Shown here: positions 35,876-45,044 of the stretch, piece by piece | How positions within the stretch are numbered: the stretch's first letter is position 1 | Layout of the letters: each line of letters opens with the position of its first letter | Assembly: GCA_013374855.1 (NCBI GenBank) | Contig: CP055308.1 | Coordinates: 16,358-80,357, forward strand | From: Candidatus Woesebacteria bacterium | Lineage (GTDB): Bacteria > Patescibacteriota > Microgenomatia > UBA8517 | DNA: 64,000 nucleotides | Reading direction: 5' to 3' | The notes under the pieces: generated by a model | Seen by the model: only the letters and a program-made list of their open reading frames with translations | What the model was told of the DNA's origin: nothing | Database searches by the model: none | Translations under genes and position numbers: made by a program

Positions 35876-36730
35876 TTGTTTATTTCGGAGAAGAAGAGTA
35901 GAACAAAAAACTCTCCAAGGTCTCACAATAACCTGGCTAAACCAAAAAGTATTATATATTCAAGAACAAACCTAAAAATCAAAAGGAGAATTGTTCCAAG
36001 GATGAGCAAATACAAACTCAAGCCTCAACTTGATGAGTTTTGTTTGCAAAATAATCTCCAAATGGTATCAACTGCAACCATTGGGAGAATTATTAAAAGA
36101 AATAATCTGTTTTATTACAGATCAGGCAAAGTATATCACAATCCTGCATCTAAATGGGCTCAGAATGAGACCAAAAGAAAGAAAAAAGCAAGAGTCAGGT
36201 ATGCGCCAAAACCTTCAAATTTAGGTTACATTCAAATGGATACGGTTGAAAAAATAATTGATGGGCAAAGATGGTATATGTACCAGGCAATTGATGTTCA
36301 AGGGAAATCTGCCCTTTCCTTGACATACAGAAGACTTAATTCAAAAAACACAGTAGATTTCTTTAAAAAGTTCCAGTTTATCTTGCCTTACAAGGTAACC
36401 ACAGTCCAAACAGACAATGGACTTGAGTTTTTGGGGCATTTTGATGCCTACCTCCAAGCTCAGTGTGTCCCACATGTCTTTACTTATCCCAGATGCCCGA
36501 AGATTAATGGGGTCGTTGAGCGATTCAACAAAACACTAAATGAAGATTTTATTGAACCAAACCTCAATCTCATATATGACCAAAAACAATACAACAAAAA
36601 CTTAGCTGAATATATGATATATTACAACTGCATTAGACCACACGAATCATTAAATAATATGACACCGATTAACTACCTTATTCAGAAAGGAGGAATGTCG
36701 AAAATGTTGCGATCCTGTATATTGAATTGA
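35876..36730 (+). CDS. DDE-type integrase/transposase (rve catalytic core)
   Basis: 284 aa; …YIQMDTVEKI…WYMYQAIDVQGKSAL…TTVQTDNGLEF…NGVVERFNKTLNEDF… is the D,D(35)E rve pattern. The N-terminal HTH looks truncated; the true start may be MSKYKL at about 36002. No flanking terminal inverted repeats identified. Confidence 0.75.
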   Translation: MFISEKKSRTKNSPRSHNNLAKPKSIIYSRTNLKIKRRIVPRMSKYKLKPQLDEFCLQNNLQMVSTATIGRIIKRNNLFYYRSGKVYHNPASKWAQNETKRKKKARVRYAPKPSNLGYIQMDTVEKIIDGQRWYMYQAIDVQGKSALSLTYRRLNSKNTVDFFKKFQFILPYKVTTVQTDNGLEFLGHFDAYLQAQCVPHVFTYPRCPKINGVVERFNKTLNEDFIEPNLNLIYDQKQYNKNLAEYMIYYNCIRPHESLNNMTPINYLIQKGGMSKMLRSCILN

Positions 36731-36785
36731 AAAACCAATACCTAAGTGATATAATTCATCAGACAAACAAGACTGCCCTCCCAAA

Positions 36786-37493
36786 ATGTCAAAAGAGAGT
36801 TTATCAAGAAGAGAATTTTTAAAGTTGGGTGGGGTGATTCTTGTTTCCCGTCTTGTTCCAGACTGCCTTAGGGAGGTTAAACCATTCCCTTTCATTAACC
36901 AAAAAAACCAGTCTCAATGTGCCATTGCTTCTATGACTATGTTAATTGCCAGTTTCAAACAAAGAGAGAACAAACCTGATGTCAATGTCGAAAATATTTA
37001 CGACCAAGTCCTCCAACAAGCAATCAAGACAACCAAAAGAGATCTAACCAAACCATCCTCAAATGGGGTATATGGAAACGAAATAATTCAAATTCTTAAT
37101 TCTATAGGGCAACAGCAGGGATGGATAGCAAAAGACAACAGGAGAAAAGCTTCTCCTGAAGTAGTTGAGCAACAACTATTAGCATACGGACCTGCCATTG
37201 TAGATATAAATGTAGATTACAAACCAATAAAAAAGGACTATTCTTTGAATCATTGGGTTGTAGTAACCAATCTAGAAAGAAAGGGGGGTACTCGTGTAAT
37301 AATAGCCGACCCTTTCAGAACACAATCAAAGGTTCCGTTTCTTCCATTTTCTCCAACCTTGCCTGAAGGTGTTCAATTCTACGACGGCGACAACAGACTG
37401 ATAATCGCGGAGTGGACAACCTTTACCTCATCAGCTGGAGGCGTTTTTATACAACTGCAAAGAACATACAAACGGACAACTCCTTCCATTTAA
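36786..37493 (+). CDS. Tat-signal C39-like (papain-fold) peptidase-domain protein
   Basis: 235 aa; SRREFLKLGGVILVS signal; Q…C…H…D pattern (QSQCAIASMTMLIASF, HWVVVTNL, IIADP) typical of the C39-like family. Confidence 0.6.
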   Translation: MSKESLSRREFLKLGGVILVSRLVPDCLREVKPFPFINQKNQSQCAIASMTMLIASFKQRENKPDVNVENIYDQVLQQAIKTTKRDLTKPSSNGVYGNEIIQILNSIGQQQGWIAKDNRRKASPEVVEQQLLAYGPAIVDINVDYKPIKKDYSLNHWVVVTNLERKGGTRVIIADPFRTQSKVPFLPFSPTLPEGVQFYDGDNRLIIAEWTTFTSSAGGVFIQLQRTYKRTTPSI

Positions 37494-37520
37494 CATACTC
37501 AGGATATTCCCCAGACCCCC

Positions 37521-40292
37521 CTAGGGGTTTATTTCCCTCCAATTGAAGCTTCTCTGATAGAAGTAATAAGGCATAGAAAGGATAAGATTCGGTTTGTATT
37601 CAAATAATTCAGCAGGTGTGGATTGAGGATTCTTATCTAGAGTTAGAGATCTTTGAAGCTGTACTGTGTTGGCTACAACAGTCCCATTTACAATAAGCTG
37701 ACTGTCTTGTCTTGACCCTTCTGTCCCTGTAGAAAAAGAACCATCGGCAAGGAATATTCCATCAATTCTTGTTACTGAAGGATCAATTTTAATATCACCC
37801 GTTGCCACTATCATCAGAAAACCATTACCATTAGTAGCTAATGTAATGTCTCCTTCCACAGTTACGTCTCCATTAACAAAAAGTACAAGTTTTTGATTAA
37901 AGCCTGAAGAGGCACTAATCTTAAGATCTCCATTCACTTTAGTCCAATAGTAGTTGTCTTTTAGTATGCTGTTATTCCCTGTTGTAAAATTAGAAAGAGA
38001 TAATGGACTAACAGGACTATTAATAACACCTTGGGAGTTCCCCCACCCATTCCTAACTTCAGAAGGAACTTTGCCTTCAAAGTAGGAATAGTTATACAAG
38101 TTGTAGACAGAGGCAATATTTGTCTTTACTGCCCCCCATCCACTTTCTGAAACAGACCCCTCACCTATCCTAATGTTTCCATTATAGAAGGCAATACCAG
38201 AAGTATTACTACCTTTAGTCAGAAGATAACTACCTTCAGGAATATATGAGGCTATATCATTTAATGCAATAACATCAGCATCTTTAGCCTGCCAGAACTT
38301 ACCAGGCCTTACAATTACAGAAACAGAACAAGGAACATCGGCACTACCACATGCTTTACCAGAGCCATCAGCAGCAGGAGAACTAATAGTCAGAGTTGCA
38401 GTTTTCAAAACATCAACTTCTCCTGCTTCCAAATTAGCTCTTACTTCCCCATTGTCTCCCACACTTGATGAAATAACTCTAATTATGCTATTATCAGACG
38501 ATGTGACAGTGACAGAAGAATTGTTATTGTCTGACAGGGTAGCCAATAAGACATTATCCCTTCGTTCACCAGAAACAAAGGGAACAACACTTTGTAGAGT
38601 GCACTTGCAAGGAACCTCAATCGACCCGGGGCCACATGAGAAAAATCTCGCTAACCCGTTTCCGTGCACATACTCATTAACAGGACCATAAATCCCAGTT
38701 GCAGGATTATAACTTCTCCAAAGTAATCTCTGTCCCTTAGTCACAAAATCCAAAACCGGTTCATCCTCTGCCCTGAAAATTCTGTCAAAATCAATGGAAA
38801 ACTGAACAGGATAAATTCCTCCCTCATAATATCTTGGTCCTGTCCATATCTCATCAACCTTGGCAGAAGTAGAAGTTCCTCTTGGTATTCCTTCTACATC
38901 AATTTCAGCAATTATAACTGTCTTCTCACCTTTATCCCACCTTGGCTCCATCGTAATTGTGAAATTCCTGCAAACAGAGCCGTCCAACATTACCACCAAT
39001 TCTGTTTTTTGCTGCTCTGTAGACTGCCTGCTCAAACTCCCTAACAATTTCCCAACACTCCCCGGATCGTTACAAAAAACTTGAATCTTTTCAGGAGGAA
39101 AATGAAAAAGACCGCCAACTTTACCCGCAAAAAAGTAAAAGCGCAAAGTCTGCAAATAATAATAACCACCCATGTTAATATTAATTTTTGCCACTACATT
39201 TTGAAAAAAAGTCCATGCAGGATCAGAAAAATAACCACTGCCGTGATTGTCATCAGTCATCTCGCCACCACTATCAGTATTATTAAGTGGCTGGTTATCA
39301 ACCCAAGAGTAAGTGTAGTCTAAGTCTTGCTGAGCTTGATTTTTTATGTTTTCTGCAACATACGGCTTAGTAAACTCCCGCCATGTGTAAAGAGAAAACA
39401 ACTCTTCCAAACTTTTACTTGGATTGTAAATAGAAGAATCATAAACATTAGAGCGTATTGGGTCAGAAACACTGCTTCCACTTCCTCTTGCTCCAATCCA
39501 GCCATAAACTGACCCACCACATTTCAAACAAAGTTCCTCTAAATAAGAAGGAAGTATCCCAGCATCTCGCTCTCCTGGGAAGCAGGCAGATTGAACACTG
39601 GTATATACACAAGGGAACTGGCTTTGATTTGGAGTAACATTAGGGTCCCCACCTATAGGCGGAGGAAAAGATGGAAAAAGAGTTGAAACAGGGGAAGACT
39701 GATTAATGCTAATTGCAAAATCCCACCATCCCCGTGGTATGTACATATAGGAATAAGTTCTGTGGTAATCATTACAACACCTACCTGGAAAACCAATAGA
39801 GCCATACAGATACTGATCAGGAAAATCTAAAAATTTGTTAGAAAAACCAATAAGACCTATATTCAAAAGACTTGTCGAAGCCCAAGCGGTAATAGCACCA
39901 ACAGATTGGCCTAATAAGTTTGTTTCAGGAGAAAAAATAGGACGATTGCTACCTACATAAGAAGATGTAATCTTCGTAAAAACACCTCCACCTAATTTTA
40001 AATAATCTGGCACATAACCACTAACCTCACTACTAGTAATCATATCCCTAACCTCTTGGCATGTCTTATTGGGTAAGCCACAAGGAGGAGGGCTTGGCGG
40101 CAATTCCAATGTTCCATAACAAGGAAGTGACGTACCTGTATAGCTAGTACAGCCCTGAAAAACACCTCCATCAGGCAGGCTATACCACCAATAATAAGCC
40201 GCTTTTGCAAATCTCACAAAGAAGAATGCAAAAAAAACAAAGACCAAAAAAGCAACTAGACTATTTCTAAAAAGACCCCTTTTCATAGACAA
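37521..40292 (-). CDS. large Cys-rich secreted protein (923 aa) with Big_2-like Ig domain and a C-terminal domain shared with the 1042-aa paralog
   Basis: N-terminal signal/TM (LVAFLVFVFFAFFFV), many Cys pairs, Big_2-like segment (VTVTSSDNSIIRVISSSVGDNGEVRANLEAG…). The C-terminal about 330 aa are 75-100% identical to those of the 41181-44309 product. Confidence 0.7.
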   Translation of the reverse strand: MSMKRGLFRNSLVAFLVFVFFAFFFVRFAKAAYYWWYSLPDGGVFQGCTSYTGTSLPCYGTLELPPSPPPCGLPNKTCQEVRDMITSSEVSGYVPDYLKLGGGVFTKITSSYVGSNRPIFSPETNLLGQSVGAITAWASTSLLNIGLIGFSNKFLDFPDQYLYGSIGFPGRCCNDYHRTYSYMYIPRGWWDFAISINQSSPVSTLFPSFPPPIGGDPNVTPNQSQFPCVYTSVQSACFPGERDAGILPSYLEELCLKCGGSVYGWIGARGSGSSVSDPIRSNVYDSSIYNPSKSLEELFSLYTWREFTKPYVAENIKNQAQQDLDYTYSWVDNQPLNNTDSGGEMTDDNHGSGYFSDPAWTFFQNVVAKININMGGYYYLQTLRFYFFAGKVGGLFHFPPEKIQVFCNDPGSVGKLLGSLSRQSTEQQKTELVVMLDGSVCRNFTITMEPRWDKGEKTVIIAEIDVEGIPRGTSTSAKVDEIWTGPRYYEGGIYPVQFSIDFDRIFRAEDEPVLDFVTKGQRLLWRSYNPATGIYGPVNEYVHGNGLARFFSCGPGSIEVPCKCTLQSVVPFVSGERRDNVLLATLSDNNNSSVTVTSSDNSIIRVISSSVGDNGEVRANLEAGEVDVLKTATLTISSPAADGSGKACGSADVPCSVSVIVRPGKFWQAKDADVIALNDIASYIPEGSYLLTKGSNTSGIAFYNGNIRIGEGSVSESGWGAVKTNIASVYNLYNYSYFEGKVPSEVRNGWGNSQGVINSPVSPLSLSNFTTGNNSILKDNYYWTKVNGDLKISASSGFNQKLVLFVNGDVTVEGDITLATNGNGFLMIVATGDIKIDPSVTRIDGIFLADGSFSTGTEGSRQDSQLIVNGTVVANTVQLQRSLTLDKNPQSTPAELFEYKPNLILSMPYYFYQRSFNWREINP
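37922..38339. repeat. 417-bp segment 100% identical to 41590-42005 (direct repeat inside the two giant paralogs)
   Basis: Base-by-base comparison of the two stretches showed no mismatch; flanks drop to about 75%. Confidence 0.9.
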
Positions 40293-40298
40293 AATAAA

Positions 40299-40997
40299 CT
40301 AAAACCTAAAATTAGAAAAAAGAACAACTGACGACAAATTATATCCTCCATACCCACTATCACATAAAGCATTGGTTTTATTTTCATCTGATTCAAAGGA
40401 AACAAAAACTAAACTATTAGGTTTAAGTTTGCAAGGGTTATAGTTATCTTCTGAATAAAGAGGCTTATTATCGCTTTCTCTTATATATTTACCCAGATCA
40501 AAACCAAAAAACGGCTCACCGCCATACGAATAAAAACCAGATCTACCAAAAACAAAATCAAACCTAATTTTGCATCTTTCATTAAATTTAACAACAACTG
40601 GGCAATAATTTACAGCAGAAGAAGATAACAAATTCATATAATCAGACATAACTTTCTCATCTACCACAATGGTACCATATCCGCCGTAAATATATTCCTC
40701 TCCAAATTCATCTACCTTTTTATCTAAAAGAAACAGCCCCCTAGGATAGGGAGAGTATAAAACAGAAGCTTCTTCAGGAAGAACAACTTTTAATGAAGGA
40801 AGGAAAATTCTGTTATAGAAAGAAGAAAATGGTCCGGCGGTTAATTTGGAAACAAAAGTTAAACTATTGGCATTTAAATTAAGATTCCGAACACTCCAAG
40901 AAAACATAAAGCATAAAGTATAAAGAATTACGAATAGGAAGACGAAGAGAAAAATAAAATATCTTACTTTTAGCTTAAAAGGCAGTTTTAATTTCAT
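40299..40997 (-). CDS. hypothetical membrane-anchored protein (232 aa) preceding the 923-aa giant gene
   Basis: N-terminal TM (FIFLFVFLFVILYTLCFMF); weakly similar to the 222-aa protein at 44370-45038. Confidence 0.55.
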   Translation of the reverse strand: MKLKLPFKLKVRYFIFLFVFLFVILYTLCFMFSWSVRNLNLNANSLTFVSKLTAGPFSSFYNRIFLPSLKVVLPEEASVLYSPYPRGLFLLDKKVDEFGEEYIYGGYGTIVVDEKVMSDYMNLLSSSAVNYCPVVVKFNERCKIRFDFVFGRSGFYSYGGEPFFGFDLGKYIRESDNKPLYSEDNYNPCKLKPNSLVFVSFESDENKTNALCDSGYGGYNLSSVVLFSNFRF

Positions 40998-41180
40998 TAT
41001 TCAATTTGTCTAATTAAAAGATATAGCAATAAAACATCGTTGTCAACACAAATTGTAAAGCAGGAAAAAAGATAGTAAATACAATTAAAATTATAAAATT
41101 AAAGCAAGTACACTATTTACAAGAATTTATAATCCAATTACAAAGATCTCCTCCCCCTTTGTGAAAGACTATTGTATTTA

Positions 41181-44100
41181 TTACGGATTTACCTCCCTCC
41201 AGTTTAAGTTTCTTTGATGGAAGTAGTAAGGAATAGAAAAGAGAAGGTTGGGTTTGTACTCAAATAGTTCAGCAGGTGTGGTTTGAGCTTGGCTTACAGG
41301 AAGGGATCTCCTAAGGATAACATTACTGGCAATAACTGTACCATTTACCTTAAGTTGGCTGTCTTGCCTTGATCCTCTTGTTCCTGTAGAAAAAGAACTA
41401 TCAGAAACAAATATTCCATCAATTCTTGTTACTGCAGGGTCAATTTCAATATCACCTGTTGCTATAACCATAAGGAAACCATTATTACCAACATCAGCAT
41501 TTCTTAATGTAATATCCCCTTTTATAGTCACTTTTCCATTAACAAAAAGCATAAGTTTTTTATCAAAGTTTGATGAAGAAGAAATTTGAAGATCTCCATT
41601 CACTTTAGTCCAATAGTAGTTGTCTTTTAGTATGCTGTTATTCCCTGTTGTAAAATTAGAAAGAGATAATGGACTAACAGGACTATTAATAACACCTTGG
41701 GAGTTCCCCCACCCATTCCTAACTTCAGAAGGAACTTTGCCTTCAAAGTAGGAATAGTTATACAAGTTGTAGACAGAGGCAATATTTGTCTTTACTGCCC
41801 CCCATCCACTTTCTGAAACAGACCCCTCACCTATCCTAATGTTTCCATTATAGAAGGCAATACCAGAAGTATTACTACCTTTAGTCAGAAGATAACTACC
41901 TTCAGGAATATATGAGGCTATATCATTTAATGCAATAACATCAGCATCTTTAGCCTGCCAGAACTTACCAGGCCTTACAATTACAGAAACAGAACAAGGA
42001 ACATCTGTGGTGCCACAGGCTAATTCCGACTCGTCAGAAGAGTTTGCGCTAATATTTAGTGTAACAGTCTTTACTTCATCCACTTGCCCTGCAGTTGCGT
42101 TAACCTTCACATTACCTGCATCATCAACACTAGTACTGTTTATTGACAAAACAGATGTATCAGAAGAAGAAACAGATACAGAAGAACGATCATAATTCCC
42201 AAGAGTCACCAAAGTCACGTCCTTCGTTTCTCCAGATACAAAAGGAGGAATAGATGGCTTGATAGTGCATTGGCAAGGCGTACTAGCCGGCTGACAGGGA
42301 CTAAGTCTTGCGCCTAAAGGATTTTGATTACCATCAGCAATGTTAGGATCCTCTTCATAAGGGTAAGCTTGACCACAAGAACTAGGGTCGCTACTAGTAC
42401 ACCTTCTCCACAAAAACTGAGGACCATAAATGCGACTACCATCTAAATTTGCAATTGACATTTGAGTCAAGTACCAGCCAGATTTGAAATACTTAGGACC
42501 AAAAAACACTGTATCAACAGGATTACTCCTATCAACGGCATAACTATCAAAACTAAAGCTATAAGCTCTACTCCAATCTTGCCTTCTAACATTTTCTTCA
42601 AGAACATTGTCCACCCTAACCGCATCCTCTGAAACAATAGGATTATTCTGACCCCAAACCTTAAGTTCTTGAAGATAGGTTGGTGTGTCCACTGTGTCCC
42701 CCGGCTCCGCAATCCCAATATAATACTTAACTCTCAAACTGCTACAATTTCTCCTCAAAGGTACTGATAATCTGTCTTCTGTATAAGATGTCGTATTGTT
42801 CGATGCTTTGAAGAGGACACGAGGATAAACAACTCCAGACCTTTCACCATCACAAAATACCCAAATCTCCTTGGGAACATTTATTACCTGACCGTACTGA
42901 TTCCTGTAAAGAAAATCAAAAGTAAGATAATCCACAAACTTTTCGCTACCAAGATCAATTTCCAAATCAGCATCCGCAACAGCCGTACCTAAATTACTAT
43001 CCTCATTATTATCAGGAAAATGCCTAACAAAGTAAAAATCACCATTTGGATAGGTAACACCAAATGGTGTGCCACTTCTTGTAACTTTATCGTCTCTTAA
43101 CTTAACATTACTTTCACTTTCTATATTATCATCTGTTTTATAACAATCAGCACAATCAGTTGTTGGGCTCACTAACCAACTATAAGTATAATCCAGCTTT
43201 ACAGAAGGAGGTATCTCGGGAGCTTCTATACTTTCATCAGGAGGAATATAAGGAGATGGTAAAAACGGATCAGCTTGTGTTCCTGAACCACCACCATTTG
43301 ATATCCAAGTGTAAATTTTGCCTCCACAATTTGGCTTACAACCAAAACTAGGTGGAGGTGTTAAAGTCTTGTACTCAGTACCATAACATATATATTCTTT
43401 TTCGTCACCACTACCTACTCTCCTAAAATCACAATCACTATAACTATTATAAGAACATGTCAAGTCTACACTATCACCAGAACACTTATATGAACCACGA
43501 CAATGACCACTACTCACCCGCGCAAAAGAATCATTTCGGTTGTTGCCATTACAACTTGAATAAGGCACACCAGGACTACTAAAAGGACAATAATAACAAG
43601 CGCCAGGTTCCAAACCTGTAAGATTAGACCTGTAACCAAAAGAATACCAACCATCACTAGGTATATAAATGTAGCCATACTCCCTTAATTGTTGCGTACA
43701 TTTGTTATTAAAAACAGAAAACATTTTTGAAGTTCCAGATAAGAATGCATCGACAAAGCCAACAGTATTTAATGAAATAGGTTCTTCCACCGCTCGACTT
43801 TTTTCAACTGAATCATCATCTAGCCTCGTTTCAGGTAAATAATAATCAACTGTAGAAGCAGTGCGTGCAATTGACTTATAGAAAACCTTGCTACTTTGAA
43901 AGGCCTTTTTTAAATCATCCTCGCTGCTACTTCCCTGAAGGCTATCTAATAAACTTTGTAAAGAGCTTTGGCAAGTTGTATTGTAATAGCTACACTGTGG
44001 CGGACTAAAATTACCAGGTTTATCCCCTATTTTTTTTACTACCTTATTTCTACGTGGTGCTTCACCACAATCCCCCCTACAATAACCAGCAAGTATTGGT

Positions 44101-44309
44101 CTGCTACCACAGTTAGTACACCAATTAAAATCATATGTACAACTAGATCTGTAACAATCTTGATCAAGAACTATCTCCCATTGCGCACTCGCATAAAAAT
44201 TTTTAAGAAAAAAAGACAAAGAATAAAAAATAAACAGAAAATAGACTAAAAATACCACTCCCTTAGCTAATTTATCCAATAAATAAGCAAAACTTATCTT
44301 GTTCTTCAT
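41181..44309 (-). CDS. large Cys-rich secreted protein (1042 aa), paralog of the 923-aa protein
   Basis: N-terminal TM/signal, Cys-rich N-terminal half, Big_2-like segment (SVSVSSSDTSVLSINSTSVDDAGNVKVNATAGQVDEVKT), shared C-terminal domain ending …LFEYKPNLLFSIPYYFHQRNLNWREVNP. Confidence 0.7.
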   Translation of the reverse strand: MKNKISFAYLLDKLAKGVVFLVYFLFIFYSLSFFLKNFYASAQWEIVLDQDCYRSSCTYDFNWCTNCGSRPILAGYCRGDCGEAPRRNKVVKKIGDKPGNFSPPQCSYYNTTCQSSLQSLLDSLQGSSSEDDLKKAFQSSKVFYKSIARTASTVDYYLPETRLDDDSVEKSRAVEEPISLNTVGFVDAFLSGTSKMFSVFNNKCTQQLREYGYIYIPSDGWYSFGYRSNLTGLEPGACYYCPFSSPGVPYSSCNGNNRNDSFARVSSGHCRGSYKCSGDSVDLTCSYNSYSDCDFRRVGSGDEKEYICYGTEYKTLTPPPSFGCKPNCGGKIYTWISNGGGSGTQADPFLPSPYIPPDESIEAPEIPPSVKLDYTYSWLVSPTTDCADCYKTDDNIESESNVKLRDDKVTRSGTPFGVTYPNGDFYFVRHFPDNNEDSNLGTAVADADLEIDLGSEKFVDYLTFDFLYRNQYGQVINVPKEIWVFCDGERSGVVYPRVLFKASNNTTSYTEDRLSVPLRRNCSSLRVKYYIGIAEPGDTVDTPTYLQELKVWGQNNPIVSEDAVRVDNVLEENVRRQDWSRAYSFSFDSYAVDRSNPVDTVFFGPKYFKSGWYLTQMSIANLDGSRIYGPQFLWRRCTSSDPSSCGQAYPYEEDPNIADGNQNPLGARLSPCQPASTPCQCTIKPSIPPFVSGETKDVTLVTLGNYDRSSVSVSSSDTSVLSINSTSVDDAGNVKVNATAGQVDEVKTVTLNISANSSDESELACGTTDVPCSVSVIVRPGKFWQAKDADVIALNDIASYIPEGSYLLTKGSNTSGIAFYNGNIRIGEGSVSESGWGAVKTNIASVYNLYNYSYFEGKVPSEVRNGWGNSQGVINSPVSPLSLSNFTTGNNSILKDNYYWTKVNGDLQISSSSNFDKKLMLFVNGKVTIKGDITLRNADVGNNGFLMVIATGDIEIDPAVTRIDGIFVSDSSFSTGTRGSRQDSQLKVNGTVIASNVILRRSLPVSQAQTTPAELFEYKPNLLFSIPYYFHQRNLNWREVNP
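41590..42005. repeat. 417-bp segment 100% identical to 37922-38339
   Basis: See the paired feature at 37922-38339. Confidence 0.9.
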
Positions 44310-44369
44310 TTTCTAAATTCAAATAAACCCACGCTTATGAAAGTCTATTTTTCTCATAAATTACACATA

Positions 44370-45038
44370 CTAATGGTAAAGAATAGAATCAATCAAGTCA
44401 ATCCTTAAAACTCTACCACTATCATCTAAGAAATACCTAATAAAATCACCTTCTGAAATATCAGAAAAATTAAATTCAAATGAAACAAAAAGAGGCTTTC
44501 CTTTAGCAAAATGCCTTCCCACCTCTAAAAACTGGTCTTCTTTAAAAATCCTACTAGGCAACAAAAAAATATTCCCTTTTGGGTAATAGAAGCCAAAAGT
44601 TATATTATCCAAATTTGTATTTTCAAGAACAAAATTATTTTCCCTATTCAATAACCTCCCTCTTACCCCCAAGGTCATTTTAATAATTGGGTCATAAGCA
44701 CCACTTCTTATATCAGTTACGCCATCAGGAATAGTTTCTTCAAACTTCAAGTAATTTATATAACCATAACCCACACTAACTGTAGATGACAAAGAATTAT
44801 CATAATAACTATACTCATAAGCAGAAAGAGGAAAGCGATAGGTTGGAACAAATACAAGATGTCTAGCCAATTCAAGATAAAAATTGTCTAACCCCAACCT
44901 CCACTTCCCAGGGATAGGCAAAAAGGCTGTTAATTCGAAAATAAACAAAAATAAAGCAAAAAATACAACTAAAAGTAAAAGATTCCTAAAAAAATAATTA
45001 AAACTTAACTTTTGCTTCCAATCTACATTCACTAACAT
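44370..45038 (-). CDS. hypothetical membrane-anchored protein (222 aa) preceding the 1042-aa giant gene
   Basis: N-terminal TM (LLLLVVFFALFLFIFELTAFL); no recognisable domain. Confidence 0.55.
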   Translation of the reverse strand: MLVNVDWKQKLSFNYFFRNLLLLVVFFALFLFIFELTAFLPIPGKWRLGLDNFYLELARHLVFVPTYRFPLSAYEYSYYDNSLSSTVSVGYGYINYLKFEETIPDGVTDIRSGAYDPIIKMTLGVRGRLLNRENNFVLENTNLDNITFGFYYPKGNIFLLPSRIFKEDQFLEVGRHFAKGKPLFVSFEFNFSDISEGDFIRYFLDDSGRVLRIDLIDSILYH

Positions 45039-45044
45039 AATGCA

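Noticed and set aside
37922-42005. Diversity-generating retroelement (template/variable repeat pair) as the explanation for the identical 417-bp blocks
   Set aside because: No reverse transcriptase gene is in or near the window. The two blocks are 100% identical rather than differing at adenine positions, and both lie inside full-length coding paralogs. Gene conversion or an assembly artefact fits better.
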